Shown: piece by piece, positions 12,916-25,200 of the stretch
Position numbering within the stretch: the stretch's first letter is position 1
Layout of the letters: each line of letters starts with the position of its first letter
Assembly: GCF_036321535.1 (NCBI RefSeq)
Contig: NC_087445.1
Coordinates: 67,642,001-67,706,000 of the forward strand
DNA length: 64,000 nucleotides
Direction: 5' to 3'
Source: Camelus dromedarius
Lineage: Eukaryota
Program-made: the position numbers and the translations under genes
The notes under the pieces: generated by a model
Databases searched by the model: none
Told to the model about the DNA's origin: nothing
What the model saw: the letters and a program-made list of their open reading frames with translations, nothing else

Positions 12916-13947
12916 TGACTTGGGTCTAGTTATATACAAGAAGCTTTTTTTTAAATTTATTTTACATGTCCCAATTCCATCACCTAATCCTGAGAAGCCA
13001 GCAGGTCTTTGTTTCCTCTGTTTCGTCACAATGAGCAGTTGTGCAGGGACCGCTTGTCAACCTCATGGTCTTTGTTGTACTCTTCCCTTCCCAAATCTGT
13101 GGGCTTCATATGGGCTTTATGTTGAAAGCTGGAGGAACAGAAGAAGAATTTTCCTTTAGAAATCATCAGACATGGCCCTCTCTGATTCAAGTTCATTAGT
13201 TTCTATTCTGTGAAAAGCACTCCCTCTACCTCTCTTTTCTCCCACAAGAACATAGTCATATAACCCACGAATGTTTGCCTCTTGGTAGCTCATGTTGTAT
13301 TGGGAAGGTAAGTCATCAACAAAGAAAATATGCAATATAATATCAGGTAGGGATAAATTTTATTAACAAAATAGAGCAGTATATGGGGATGGAGGGGACT
13401 GGGATGTATGGATGGAAGTATTTTAGATAGCGAAGTCACATGACACTCATTCCTTATCAAAGCAAATTCAGTTGTATAACACTAGAGTTCATCTTTGCAT
13501 GTCTTGGAAACAAATAAGGGTTTGCCACTACAACCAACAGGGCAAATCTAGGAGGAATGCTGAATCCAGTTCAACCGTGTTATTTTCCTCCTCTGGGCAC
13601 AGAATGAGAGAGGGTCCTCCTCCTCCACTCATGGGCTGCTGTCATCATCAGTGTGTGCAAGTCTCCCCTGTTTTGTAGTTGTTTTTCCTTTCTTTAACCC
13701 CCTGTCCTAAATCACATTTGTACAGGATGGGCATCCTTTGCTGGCTATTCAATTCCTGTTTTAAAAACTCCTCTTTCGTATATTTATCCACAAATATCTA
13801 TGAGACACATGTTTATATATGTGATTTTTCAGTCATATCCAATTTCCCAGAAATAGACATAAAAAAACCTTCATTTCTTGCTGCTACAAAAACCTCTGTA
13901 ATGAGAGGTCTTTTATCAGCAAAGTGCTTTCAAAAAGTACTTTAGAC

Positions 13948-14163
13948 TGAAGGAACATAGCAGATACTAACTACTGTATATAAAATAAACAAGTTTCTTC
14001 TGTAGAGCATGGGAACTATATTCAGTATCTTGTAGTAACCCATAATGAAAAAGAATATGAAAAGGAAGATATACATGTTCATACATAATGTTTATGTATG
14101 ACTGAAACATTATGCTGTTCACCAGAAACTGACACAACATTGTAAACTGACTATACTTCAATA
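13948..14163 (+). mobile_element. Short 5'-truncated camelid L1 3' end
   Basis: L1 3'UTR (gaactatattcagtatcttgtagtaacc...cattgtaaactgactatacttcaataa) flanked by imperfect TSD caaaaagta; absent from the paralogous site near 22630. Confidence 0.8.
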
Positions 14164-14469
14164 AGGAAGAATGCAAAAAGTATGTTAAATCAACTTTTAG
14201 AGTCAGCTTATTTGTCTATACCTTTTGAATAGACATATTACATAGGGATTTTTATGCATTTTGAGACATTGGTTATTTACATATTCTTGGTTACCATAAA
14301 AATCTCTACAAAGTACACATTTATAATCATTAAAGTATTTCAAATCCTTTCTTTAGAGGCAGCATACTCTTTGACACAGGTTGAATGCACATTGGCCTAG
14401 CACAACATTATATATTAATATATTGATTCATTGAACAAATAAATGCTTATACTTTAGTCATAAGATACT

Positions 14470-15030
14470 AAACGTCTTTAAACCTCAGTTTCCTCATGTG
14501 CACTATTGGACACAAATGTCCCCATTCTCATGAGAGTTTAGTGAGATAATGCATTTAAATCCCCGAGAAGAGGGACCAGTATATTGTAGACACTCAGGAG
14601 AAGCTGTTGATGCTTTTCAATTCTCAGTGTCACCTTCCTTTACCTGCTAATTCTAGCTGTTTTCAAAATCCATCAATTCATATGCGTAAAACATGACATA
14701 GCTCACTGCTCAATTGTTGGGCTAATTTATGATTTTACAAGATTTTATGGATGAAACATTTGTGCATTGATCTTTGGCTGAATCAGGAATTAAAATTAAT
14801 AATAATAACCAATATATATTGAGAAATTATTCCATGTCACACTTCTGCTAAGCATCCCACTAAGTCCCATAATAAGGGATTGTGAGGCACGTGTTGTTAG
14901 GAGGAGACTAAGGCTTACAGAGGGGAAGTGGCTTGCTCAAGGTCACTAAGGAAGTGACTAGCAATCAGGATTTGAACCCCACTCTGATTTCAGACTCGCT
15001 CTGGTTGCTCGTGCTTTTAGCCACTACGTT
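14470..15030. mobile_element. MIR fragments
   Basis: MIR core motifs cctcagtttcctcat (14483) and gagactaaggcttacagag...gtggcttgctcaaggtcac (14905-14947); same pieces at ~22985 and ~23560. Confidence 0.7.
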
Positions 15031-15799
15031 ACCCCTCCTCTAGTTTTGGTATTTTTATTGTCTCTCACAATCAGGCACAGGCACTGTTTTCCCCATTTTG
15101 ATAGGTTCTTACACGAATTACCCTTCTATCCCCCTTGACTGTCAATGTTTCTTCCCCCACGTTCAGAAACTATCCTTGTAGTTGCAAGAGAGGTGATCTA
15201 TCTGTGTTGTAAAGATGGTGGAATTTGGAAGTTTGACTATCCATGATTAACTGGCCCAAGTTTGGCAGAAAAAATGGGCCATGTATGACCGGGGCGTGTC
15301 TGGTGTGTGCAGCTGTGGTCATGCCGTGGACAGTGCCCTGGACTGAAGACAAACAGTAGGGGTTTGATTTGTCCTCCATCACCTGCTCACAAGCTGACTC
15401 CTGATTCACAAGTGAGATACCATGTCTGTAAAGCAGTTTATCAAACACAGAGCAATATTCAAAACTGAGTCACTTGTGAAAGGGCTGCCTGGGGAATGTG
15501 GAATACAAAAAGGGGAGATTTGGTGAATTACTGAGATTGGATGCTCCAGGTTGCAACACACATGCTGATGACTAGAAAAAAAGGAGGAAGGTTTTGGATC
15601 TGAGACTCAGGAAGAACCGTTCTAAAAGCACAGGGTGAGTGGATGTGGCTGGGAATACAATTTTTTTTCCCTTTTCTTTCTACTGATGAGATTTGCTTCT
15701 AGCAAAACAAATGGTATAGGTGGTCTGGAGGTCAAACTGGATGGACTTAAAACCAAATGGCAGATGGAAGTTTTACTTGGACCTTATGACTTCTCAATC

Positions 15800-16550
15800 C
15801 ATAAATTATTTGAAACTACTGAGGAGAAAAGAATAAGGTTTCAAACCGGGTTGGAGTAAATGGGTGGCCAGCTTACGGAACTCACCTCCACATCCAGATG
15901 CTTTTCTTTCTTTCCCAGCCTCTCCAGAAGGTGATCTGCACCACATCTGTTCATCAGGTCCTAGTCTGCTTCTCAGCCAAAGCTCAGCTTCCTCATGTGT
16001 CTCCCACAAAATATGGGGCCGACTGAAAGGAGAGAAGCAGGAAGGGAGGAGCTGAGTTACTACTCCAAAGGGGTAACAGGTTTCCCTGCCTTGGCATCAA
16101 CCCCCATTTCTTCCCTAACGCCTGGTCCCCAGCACACTGCTGCTTCTCCAGGCTCCGATCTCAGGAGGCAGAGATGCCGGGACTCAAGCGGGAGGGCTCT
16201 CCCGACTGTGGAAGCCCAGCCAGCTTCTCATGAGCCTCAGGTCTGCTCTGCTGGGATCGGGGGCACCTGTTAGGCTGCGGGAGTTGTGGTGTGATGACCT
16301 CTCAGGGGAGTTTGTCCTGGGATCTCTGTAGGCAGAGAGCAGACTGGGAATCACAGGCTGCACAGCTGACTCCAAGGGGAGAAGGGGACCCCTGGGGCCT
16401 CCTGTTTAGATGCCAGGGCTAACCTCAGAGCTGCGTAGCCTCCCTCAGCATCTCCAGGGCGTGCTTCAGTTTCCTCAAGTGTGGGTTATCAAGGGTGGAC
16501 AGATACTTATGTGGGTGAATATTTTTATTTTGGGGGATTCAGATGTGGAC
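15800..16550 (-). promoter_or_regulatory. Putative promoter and non-coding exon 1 of OR1L8-like copy 1
   Basis: Block conserved in all three units. O/E (EBF)-type site CCCCTGGGG at 16389-16397; consensus minus-strand donor AG|GTGAGT at 15880-15887. Function inferred. Confidence 0.45.
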
Positions 16551-17389
16551 CAAGGTATATTCTCGAATCGAGCAAGTCATAAATCATTATGGGGAGTTCT
16601 CAGTTTTCATGGATTCAGTGGGGGTAAATCAATGGTGTGCATGTATTTTAGTGTCTGGGGAAGCACGTGTCTTAGATTTTTTGTCTGTGTGGGGTTAGGT
16701 TACTGTTAGTTCATATATGTTTAAAGAACAAGGTCAGGGAAATGTCACTGTCACACATAGCAATGGGGCTTTGGAAAAAATAATGTATATGTTTTCAGAA
16801 TTTATGCTCAGAGCAGTGTTTTGAGGTTTAGTGTTGAGGAACGGAGGTATTTATTAGAAAGATGACCTTGCCGCTTAGGAGTTGCTTTTAACATGTTATT
16901 TAACCTCTAAACCTTTCATTTCTTCATCTGAAAAATAAGGTTAGTAACTCTTCCTGGCACTAAAACCAGAGGGAGAATTTCCTTTTGAATTTTATATAGA
17001 GAATATTGTGTATTGTGGTGAACGTCATCCACAATGATGTTATTGGAAATAAAACCCATTCTGCTGCTGCCCTTAGAGGAAACCACGGTCTCTCACCCAA
17101 GACACCTGTGCCTTCTTCCTTAGCTTTGAGTTGAATTCAAAAAATTTAATCTTCTTATTAAGAGTAAGTACTGCATCTCAAAGGTTCAGCTACCCAGCAG
17201 TCCCTGAAAGTATTTAGCATGGGCAAGACGGTCTTATTAAAGCTTTCGATGAATTAATTTTTTAAAAAAGAGTAAGTACTGCAGAGACAGAGAGCCCTGC
17301 GTTGGAGTCCTGCCTCCTGTACTCTTCCTCTTCACGTGGCCTTTGTCTTTCTCTTGTTTCTATTCATTCATTCAGCAAATATTTGTTTA

Positions 17390-18010
17390 TTTATTTATTT
17401 CCAGCTTTACTGAGATGATTGACATATAACGTTGTGTAACGTTAAGTTATGCAACACAATGATCTGATATCTGTATTTACTGCAAAATCATGTTAGTTAA
17501 CACACCCATAACCTCACAGAGTTACAACTTTTTGTTTATTTTTTTTGATGAGAACTTTGAAAATCTACTCTCCTAGTGAATTTCTTTTTTTTTTTTAATC
17601 TTTGAAATTGAGATATAGTTGATGTACAACATTATGTAAGTTTTGGGTGTGTAACATAGTAATTCACAATTTTTAAAGGTTATACTCCATTTATAGTCAT
17701 AAAATATTGGCTATATTCCCTGTTATGTATAATATATCTTTGTAGCTTACTTGTTTTTTTTTTTGTATCTCTTAATCCCTTACCCCTATCTTGCCCCTCG
17801 CCCCTTCCCTCTCCTCACTGGGAACCACTAGTTTCTTTTCTATATCTATGAGTCTTTAATTTTTCTTCTTTTTTGTTATATTCACTAGTTTGCTTTATTT
17901 TTTAGATTTCACATATAAATGATATAATACAATATTTGTCTTTCCCTGACTTATTTCACTTAGCATAATACTTTCCAAATCCATGCAAGTTGTTGCAAAT
18001 AGAAAAATTA
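17390..18010 (-). mobile_element. L1MA 3' end (17390-17580) followed by a younger L1 3' fragment (17581-18010)
   Basis: First part matches 25925-26098; second part starts with a T-tail and reads a cetartiodactyl-type L1 3'UTR. Confidence 0.75.
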
Positions 18011-18011
18011 A

Positions 18012-18170
18012 GGGGAGGGGGTAGCTCAAAATGGTAGAGTGCATGCTTAGCATGCATGTGGTCCTGGGTTCGATCCCCAGTACCTCCTTTAAAATAATTA
18101 ATTAATTAATTTAAATTAAATTAAACTAATTACCTCTGCCCAAGAAATAAAATAAAAACTAAATTTAAAA
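18012..18170 (+). mobile_element. Vic-1-type SINE
   Basis: ggggagggggtagctcaaaatggtagagtgcatgcttagcatgc...ggttcgatccccagtacctcc (tRNA-Ala(AGC)-like head) plus AT-rich tail. Confidence 0.92.
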
Positions 18171-20409
18171 AAGGAAAATTATGTATATTCTGGATATGTC
18201 TTTTGTCAGATATATGCATTGTGAATATTTTTTCCCTTTTCATTTTCTTAAGGTTTCTTCTGGTGAGCAGAAGTTTTAAACTTTGATGAAAGCTAATTTT
18301 AAAAGTGTTCTTTTGTAATTAGTCCTTTTTGTTTCCAGACCTAGGAAACGTCATTCATCTCAAGGTCATAAATACATTTACATATATTTTTCTGTTTTCT
18401 TCAAGAAATTTAAAGTTCTATTCCTCACATTTTGGTCAATGAACCCTTTTGAATTAATTTTTGCACATGACATGGAGTGAGGGGGCAGGTTTAATTGTTT
18501 TCTGTGTGCTTATCCAGTTGCTCCTGCTTGACGTATTGGATGAATCCTTCTCTTCCCATTAAACCACATTGGCACTTTGCCAAAAATTAAATGCATATAG
18601 AAATAAATATTTATCTCTGGGTTCTCTATTCTGTTACATTGATCTATTTCTGTGTTCTTATACAAATATTACACATATTGATTACTTTAGCTTTGTAGTA
18701 AGTCTTGAGATTTGATAATGTGTCCTCCAACTTTATGATTTTTCTTCAGGATTGTCTTGGCTGTTCAAGATCGTTTCATTTCCATTCACATTTTAGAACT
18801 GGCTGTCTGTTTTCAAGGACAGTGACTAGACTCCCGTGCCCAGGCTTGGAAAAGGGAGTGGAATCAGGATCCGATCTCCTAAAGCCTAAGCAGGGGCAGC
18901 GTGGCCAGGTTTGGTGCAGGGTCTTCAGACTGTGGTGAGGGAAGGGGATCACGAAGCACATTGCAAAGACTTCCTGTTTCTCAGTGGAAACACTTGATGC
19001 AGTAGAACACTGAACTATGCTTTTAAAGTTCCAAAATTTTGGTACCCGGAATGCTATATGCTATTAAATTATCATTCAAGTGAAAAGCCATAATGATATT
19101 TTTCAGATTTGCGAGCACCCTAAAAAGCTTCTCTTCAGCTGGCATCTTACAAAGAAAGTCATTCACCATTGCACTGGTTATCTGATTTCTTAACAGTTTA
19201 AAATTCCATGAGCTATAGATATTTATTTGCTCAAATTTAGACGTTACAAATATGGATAAAGAAGTGGAAGCTCTCTCCTGTCTCCTCCCCTGCACTTTTT
19301 TCTTACTCCAGTGACTATACATATATTAGAGAAAGATAGATAGATAAAATTTTTTAAAATATAATGATTTATATTTTTATACATTGTTCTACATCTTGAT
19401 TTTTCTACTTAATGGCTTTTGAAGGGAGTAATAGAGATCTGTTTGATTTTTTCAGCCCGCTGCTTATTGCTACAGTCTATATAATGGATCATAACTAATT
19501 TCTCTATTTCCTTTTGAGAGGATTTTAGGTTTTTGCCAATTTTTATTTGCTGTAAACCCACTAAATAACTTTATTAAATTAAACTTCACTAAAATAAAAT
19601 CTCAGTACCCAATATACACTTATGATAATATTTCTACAAATTAGTCACTTAAGAGTTGGAGTTTCTAGAATAAGTATTAAACATACAGCTTTAGAGATGG
19701 ATGAAGGTAAGAAAGGTTTCAACATCTCCAGTGTGGGATGGATACTTTCTTTGTTCTTGTTCTTTCTGATCATTTGCAAATTTTAACTGGCTAAAAAAGT
19801 GAGGAAACTGAAAATAAATAAAGCCATAACAATATAATAAAGGAGAAATAGAAAGCAGAGAGAAGCGAAAAAGTGAAAAGTTAAGTTCTAAACAAGAAAA
19901 AATTTTTGAAAGAGAAAAGTGAGGAATTAATTTTTAAAAAATCCTCAAAACAAGAAAATTAGCTAAAATGTACTCTGCCTCCTTTCCCTGCTATTCCCTG
20001 TCTTCTTTATTTCTTTCCCCTTTCAAAAGTTTGCAGACCATTCAACCATTATAAATTAACTCATGATTTTTAGCAGTATATTGAAATGTGAAGGCATTTG
20101 GAGGATAAGCCTTAAAGAGAGAGACATTTGTTGAGAAAATATCTGTGGGGAAAGGGTTAGTTTAAAGCAGTATTTGGAAGATGAGATGTCATGAATTTTC
20201 ATAAGAAAGAGGGGAAATAGTAGGGAAGAATATCATGAGTTAAGCAGAGACAAGGCCAACTGGTGGGCCGTCATCAATGGATGTGCCTGCCCACAGTAGA
20301 AATAGCCTTGTCTCCCATGGCTTAAAAATGCTGACCTCCAAGAGCTTGATTGCTCACCAAGATCCAATAGAAACCAGAGTTAAGTGGAGCCAGTTCCACT
20401 GTGTGTTCA

Positions 20410-21354
20410 TCAAGAGGGTGCTGCCTGGGGTTTCCTCCTGCCCATCAGCTTCCTCAGGCCCTGCTTCAGGTCTTTGTTTCTCAGGCTGTAGATGAAAGGG
20501 TTGAGCATGGAGGACAGAACTGTGTAGACAATCGTTGCCATGTGGTCCCTGACGGTGTAGGTGGACACGGGCTGTAAATAGACATAGAAGATGCTTCCAT
20601 AAAAGAGTGTTACCACAGTGAGGTGAGAACCGCAAGTGGAGAAGGCTTTGCGTTTCCCAGCAGCTGAAGGAATGTTGAAAACAGTGATGAGGATTCGCGT
20701 ATAAGAGAAAGCAATGAATAGAAAGGGGGTCACCACAAAAACAGATCCTTCAATCATTATCACAATTTCATTGACAAATGTGGAGGAGCAGGACAATTTC
20801 ATCAGAGGGCTGAGGTCGCAGAGAAAGTGGTGGATAACATTAGAGTCACAGAAGTTGAGCTGATTCAGCAGAAGTGTGTGTAGGAGTGAGTGGAGGTGAG
20901 GCAATGAGCAGGACAAGGCCACCAGGAGGGCACAGCGGTGGTGGCTCATGATGGTGACATAGTGGAAGGGGTCACAGATGGCCACATAGCGGTCAAAGGC
21001 CATGACTGCTAGAAGGCAGCTGTCAGTGTTGCCCAAAGCATATACAAAATACATCTGGGTCAGACACCCAGCATAGGAGATGGTCTTCCCTGACACGAAG
21101 TTCACCAGCATTCTGGGGACGATGGTCGTTGTGAAGCAAATATCAGTGAAAGACAAGAAACTCAAGAAGAAATACATGGGGGTCTGGAGGTGGGGATCAG
21201 AGCGGATGGCCAGGATGATGAGCAGGTTCCCTATTATTGTGATGAGGTACATGGTGAGGAAGAGGATAAAGAGTGGCATCTGGTCCTCAGGCCGGGAGGA
21301 GAGTCCCAGGAGGATGAATTCAGAGACACTGCTGGTTTGGTTGACTCTTTCCAT
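20410..21354 (-). CDS. OR1L8: Olfactory receptor OR1L8-like, copy 2 (314 aa)
   Basis: Intact frame from ATG at 21354; same length as copy 1 and about 23 nt different; all OR motifs present. Confidence 0.93.
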   Translation of the reverse strand: MERVNQTSSVSEFILLGLSSRPEDQMPLFILFLTMYLITIIGNLLIILAIRSDPHLQTPMYFFLSFLSFTDICFTTTIVPRMLVNFVSGKTISYAGCLTQMYFVYALGNTDSCLLAVMAFDRYVAICDPFHYVTIMSHHRCALLVALSCSLPHLHSLLHTLLLNQLNFCDSNVIHHFLCDLSPLMKLSCSSTFVNEIVIMIEGSVFVVTPFLFIAFSYTRILITVFNIPSAAGKRKAFSTCGSHLTVVTLFYGSIFYVYLQPVSTYTVRDHMATIVYTVLSSMLNPFIYSLRNKDLKQGLRKLMGRRKPQAAPS

Positions 21355-22235
21355 TGACTTGGGTCTAGTTATATACAAGAAGCTTTTTTTTTTAAATTTA
21401 TTTTACATGTTCCAATTCCATCACCTAATCCTGAGAAGCCAGCAGGTCTTTGTTTCCTCTATTTTGTCACAATGAGCAGTTGTGCAGGGACCGCTTGTCA
21501 ACCTCATGGTCCTTGATTTCATCTTCCATTCCCAGGTCCACTGGCATTGTAAGGGCCTTGTATTGAAAGCTAGAGAGACAGAAGAAGAGTTTTCCTTTAG
21601 AAATCATCAGAGATGGCCCTCTCTGATTGAAGTTCATTAGCTCTTATTCTGAGAAAGGCACTGTCTCCATGCTGGGAACATAGCAATAAAACAGAGAAAT
21701 CTTTTGCTTTGGGTAGCTCATGTTCTAGTTTGGAAGACAGATCAGCAACCAAGAAATATGCAATATAGTATCAGGTAGGGATAAATTTTGTTAACAAAAT
21801 AGAGCAGTATAAGGATGGAGATGGCTGAGGAGTGGAGGGTGGAGGTATTTTAGATAGCGAAGTTACAGGACACTCATTCCTTATCAAAGCAATTTCAGTT
21901 GTATAACACTAGAGTTCATCTTTGCATGTCTTGGAAACAAATAAGGGTTTGTCCCAATAACCAATAGGGCAAATCTAGGAGAAATGCTGAATCCAGTTCA
22001 ACAGTGTTATTTTCCTCCTCTGGGCACAGAATGAGAGAGGGTCCTCCTCCTCCACTCATGGGCTGCTGTCATCATCAGTGTGTGCAAGTCTCCCCTGTTT
22101 TGTGGTTGTTTTTCCTTTCTTTAACCCCCTGTCCTAAATCACATTTGTACAGGATGGGCATCCTTTGCTGGCTATTCAATTCCTGTTTTAAAAACTCCTC
22201 TTTCATACATTTATCCAAAAATATCTATGAGATAC

Positions 22236-22236
22236 A

Positions 22237-22295
<59 letters not shown>

Positions 22296-22303
22296 GTATC
22301 TAT
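22236..22303. repeat. (TATC)n microsatellite
   Basis: About 14 TATC units; the paralogous position in unit 1 (~13795) has only a tatcta seed. Confidence 0.95.
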
Positions 22304-22379
22304 CTTCTATGCTTTTTTCCAAGTCATATCCAGTTACCTAGTGATGGACATCAAAATGGCCTCTGTTTTTTTTTCTGTG

Positions 22380-22560
22380 CTATACAGAAGAAACTTTATT
22401 TTTTTTAATTTATTTTTATATATAGTGGCTACTATTTGTAAATCTCAAACTCCCAAATTTATCCCTTCCCACTCCCTTTCCCTGGTAACCGTAAGATTGC
22501 TCACTATGTCCACGAGTCTGTTTTTGTTTTGTAGATGAGTTCATAGTGTCCTTTTTCTTT
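22380..22560 (-). mobile_element. Short L1 3'UTR fragment
   Basis: ctcccaaatttatcccttccc...ggtaaccgtaag...gagtctgtttttgttttgtaga; absent in unit 1. Confidence 0.7.
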
Positions 22561-23040
22561 TGGCCTCTGTTTCCTGATACTACAAAATATTCTGTAATGA
22601 GAGATCTTGCATCAGTAAAATGCTTTTTGAAAGTGCTTTAAATCAGTTTCGTAGAGTCAGCCTATTCATCCATACCTTGTGAATTACAGATTACATAGGG
22701 ATTTTCAGACTTTGCGACATTAGTTATTTACATATTCTTGATTACCATAAAAATCTCTACAAGGAACATATTTATAATACCAAGGTGTTTAAAATAATTT
22801 TTTAGAGGCAGTATATATACTTTCACAGAGTTTAAATAGTCCTATTACCCTGGAATTTTTAATGCATTTTAAAATTCTTATATATTAATTTATATATTAA
22901 TTTAACATTGATAAATTAATATATTAATTCACTTAACATTCGAATGCTTACATTTTAGTTGTAAGTTATTGCACATCTTTAAATCTCAGTTTCCTCATAT
23001 GTAACATTGAACATAAATAGCCACATTCTCATGAAGATTT

Positions 23041-23179
23041 ATTTATATACATATTTTTTAATATTTTGTGGAGGAGGTAATTAGGTTTGCTTATTTATTT
23101 TTAGAGGAGGTGCTGGGGATTGAACCCAGGGCCTTGTGAATGCTAAGCATGCGCTCTACCACTTGAGCTATATGGCCCC
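23041..23179 (-). mobile_element. Vic-1-type SINE
   Basis: Antisense tRNA head (gctggggattgaaccc...gctaagcatgcgctctaccacttgagcta); TSD ctcatga(a/g)gattt at 23028-23040 and 23180-23192; empty site in unit 1 near 14527. Confidence 0.92.
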
Positions 23180-24439
23180 CTCATGAGGATTTAGTGAGAT
23201 AACACATTGAAAACATTTATAAGAGAGAGAAGCATATTGAAAACTCTCAGGAGAAGCTGTTGATCTCATCAGTCCCCGTGTCACCTTCCCTTATCTGCTA
23301 TTTCTAGATGTTCTCAAAATCAGTTATTCACATGCATAAAATACCATATCCCTCACTGCCAAATTGTCAGGCTAATTTCAGAATTTTGCAAGATTTTATG
23401 GAAGGAATATTTGTTTACCATTGAATGACTTGAATGAATCAGTAATTTAAGTTAATAATCATAACCAGTATTTATGAATATGTATTACATATCAAGCTTA
23501 TGCTAAGCATCTCACTAAATCCCATGATAAGGACCTGTGAGGCATGTGTTGTTAGCAGGAGACTAAGACTTACAGAGGGGAAGTGGTTTGCTCAAGGTCA
23601 CTAAGGGAGTGAATAGCAATCAGGATTTGAACTCCAAGCTGACTCTGAGCTCATACTCTCAAACTCCTCTAGTTTTGGTATTTTTATTGTCTCTCACAGT
23701 CGAGGCACAGGCACTGTTTTCCTCATTCTGATAATTTCCTACATGAATTACTCTTCTATCCTCCTTAACTGACAAGCTTTCTTTTCCTATAGTCAGAATC
23801 TATCCTTGTGGTTGCAAGCGAAGTGATCTATCTTTCTGTGTTGTAGAGATGGTGGAATTTGAAGGTTTGACTATCCATGATTAACTGGCCAAAGTCTGGC
23901 AGGAAAAATGGGCCATGCATGACCGGGGCGTGTCTGGTGTGTGCAGCTGTGGTCATGCCGTGGACAGCGCCCTGGACTGAAGACAAACAGTAGGGGTTTG
24001 ATTTGTCTTCCATCACCTGCTCACAAGCTGATTCCTGATGTCTTATGAATTACAAGTGAAATACCGAGTCTGTAAAAGAATTGATCAAACACAGGTTAAT
24101 ATTAAAAAATGTCATTTGTGAAAGGGCTGCCTGGGGAATGTGGAATACAAAAATTAGTGGAGCTATGATGATGAATTAATGAGATTGGATGCTCCAGGTC
24201 TCAGGAATGAGGAACCCCCATCCTGATGACTAGAAAACAGGAGGAAGGTTTCAGATCTGAGAGTCTGGAAGAACCATGCTAAAAGCACAGGGTGAGTGGA
24301 TGAGGCTGGGAATACAATAGTTGTTTGTCTTTTCTTTCCTCCTAATGGGTTTTGCTTCCAGCAAAACAAATGGTATAGGTAGCCTGGAGGTCAAACTGGA
24401 TGGACTTGAAACCAAATGGCAGACGGAAGTTTTACTTGG

Positions 24440-25200
24440 ACCTTATGATTTCTCAATCCATGAATTACTTGAAACTATTGAGGAGAAAAGAATAAGGTTC
24501 CAAACCGGGTTGGAGTAAATGGGTGGCCAGCTTACGGAACTCACCTCCACATCCAGATGCTTTTCTTCCCTTCCCAGCCTCTCCAGAAGGTGATCTGCAC
24601 CACATCTGTTCATCAGGTCCTAGTCTGCTTCTCAGCCAAAGCTCAGCTTCCTCATGTGTCTCCCATGAAATCCGGGCTGACTGAAAGGAGAGAAGCAAGA
24701 AGGGAGGAGCTGAGGTACTACTCCAAAGGGGTAACAGGTTTCCCTGCCTTGGCATCAACCCCCATTTCTTCCCTAACGCCTGGTCCCCAGCACACTGCCG
24801 CTTCTCCGGGCTCCGGATCTCAGGAGGCAGAGATGCCGGGACTCAAGCGGGAGGGCTCTCCCGACTGTGGAAGCCCAGCCAGCTTCTCATGAGCCTCAGG
24901 TCTGCTCTGCTGGGCTCGGGGGCACCTGTTAGGCTGCGGGAGTTGTGATGTGATGACCTCTCAGGGGAGTTTGTCCTGGGATCTCTGTAGGCAGAGAGCA
25001 GACTGGGAATCACAGGCCACAGAGCTGACTCCATGGGGAGAAGGGGACCCCTGGGGCCTCCTGTTTAGACGCCGGGGCTAACCTCAGAGCTGCGTAGCCT
25101 CCCTCAGCATCTCCAGGGCGTGCTTCAGTTTCCTCAGCTGTGGGTTATCAAGGGTGGACAAATACTTATGTGGGTGAATATTTTTATTTTGGGGGATTCA
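24440..25200 (-). promoter_or_regulatory. Putative promoter and exon 1 of OR1L8-like copy 2
   Basis: Near-identical to 15800-16550; CCCCTGGGG at 25048-25056; donor AG|GTGAGT at 24539-24546. Confidence 0.45.

Larger units (their letters stand above)
9148..17580. repeat. Tandem segmental duplication unit 1 (OR1L8-like unit), paralogous to 18182-26100
   Basis: Collinear similarity of L1M, 3' flank, OR CDS (offset 8439 nt), intron, MIRs, upstream block and L1MA start. Identity ranges from roughly 80% to 99%. Confidence 0.92.

Noticed and set aside
12916-13029. N-terminal extensions of the OR1L8-like ORFs in the ORF track (352, 322, 351 aa)
   Set aside because: Copies 1 and 2 start at GTG/TTG and depend on a variable T-run. 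Copy 3's upstream ATG lies beyond an acceptor-like site. The canonical M-x-x-x-N start is downstream.
12641-13159. Antisense and alternate-frame ORFs over OR genes (also 21080, 32874, 42172, 49366, 60288, 60375)
   Set aside because: Shadow ORFs caused by OR codon bias; they recur only because the genes are paralogous.
18012-18090. tRNA-Ala-like sequences (five copies)
   Set aside because: SINE heads with AT-rich tails and TSDs; acceptor stems are degenerate.
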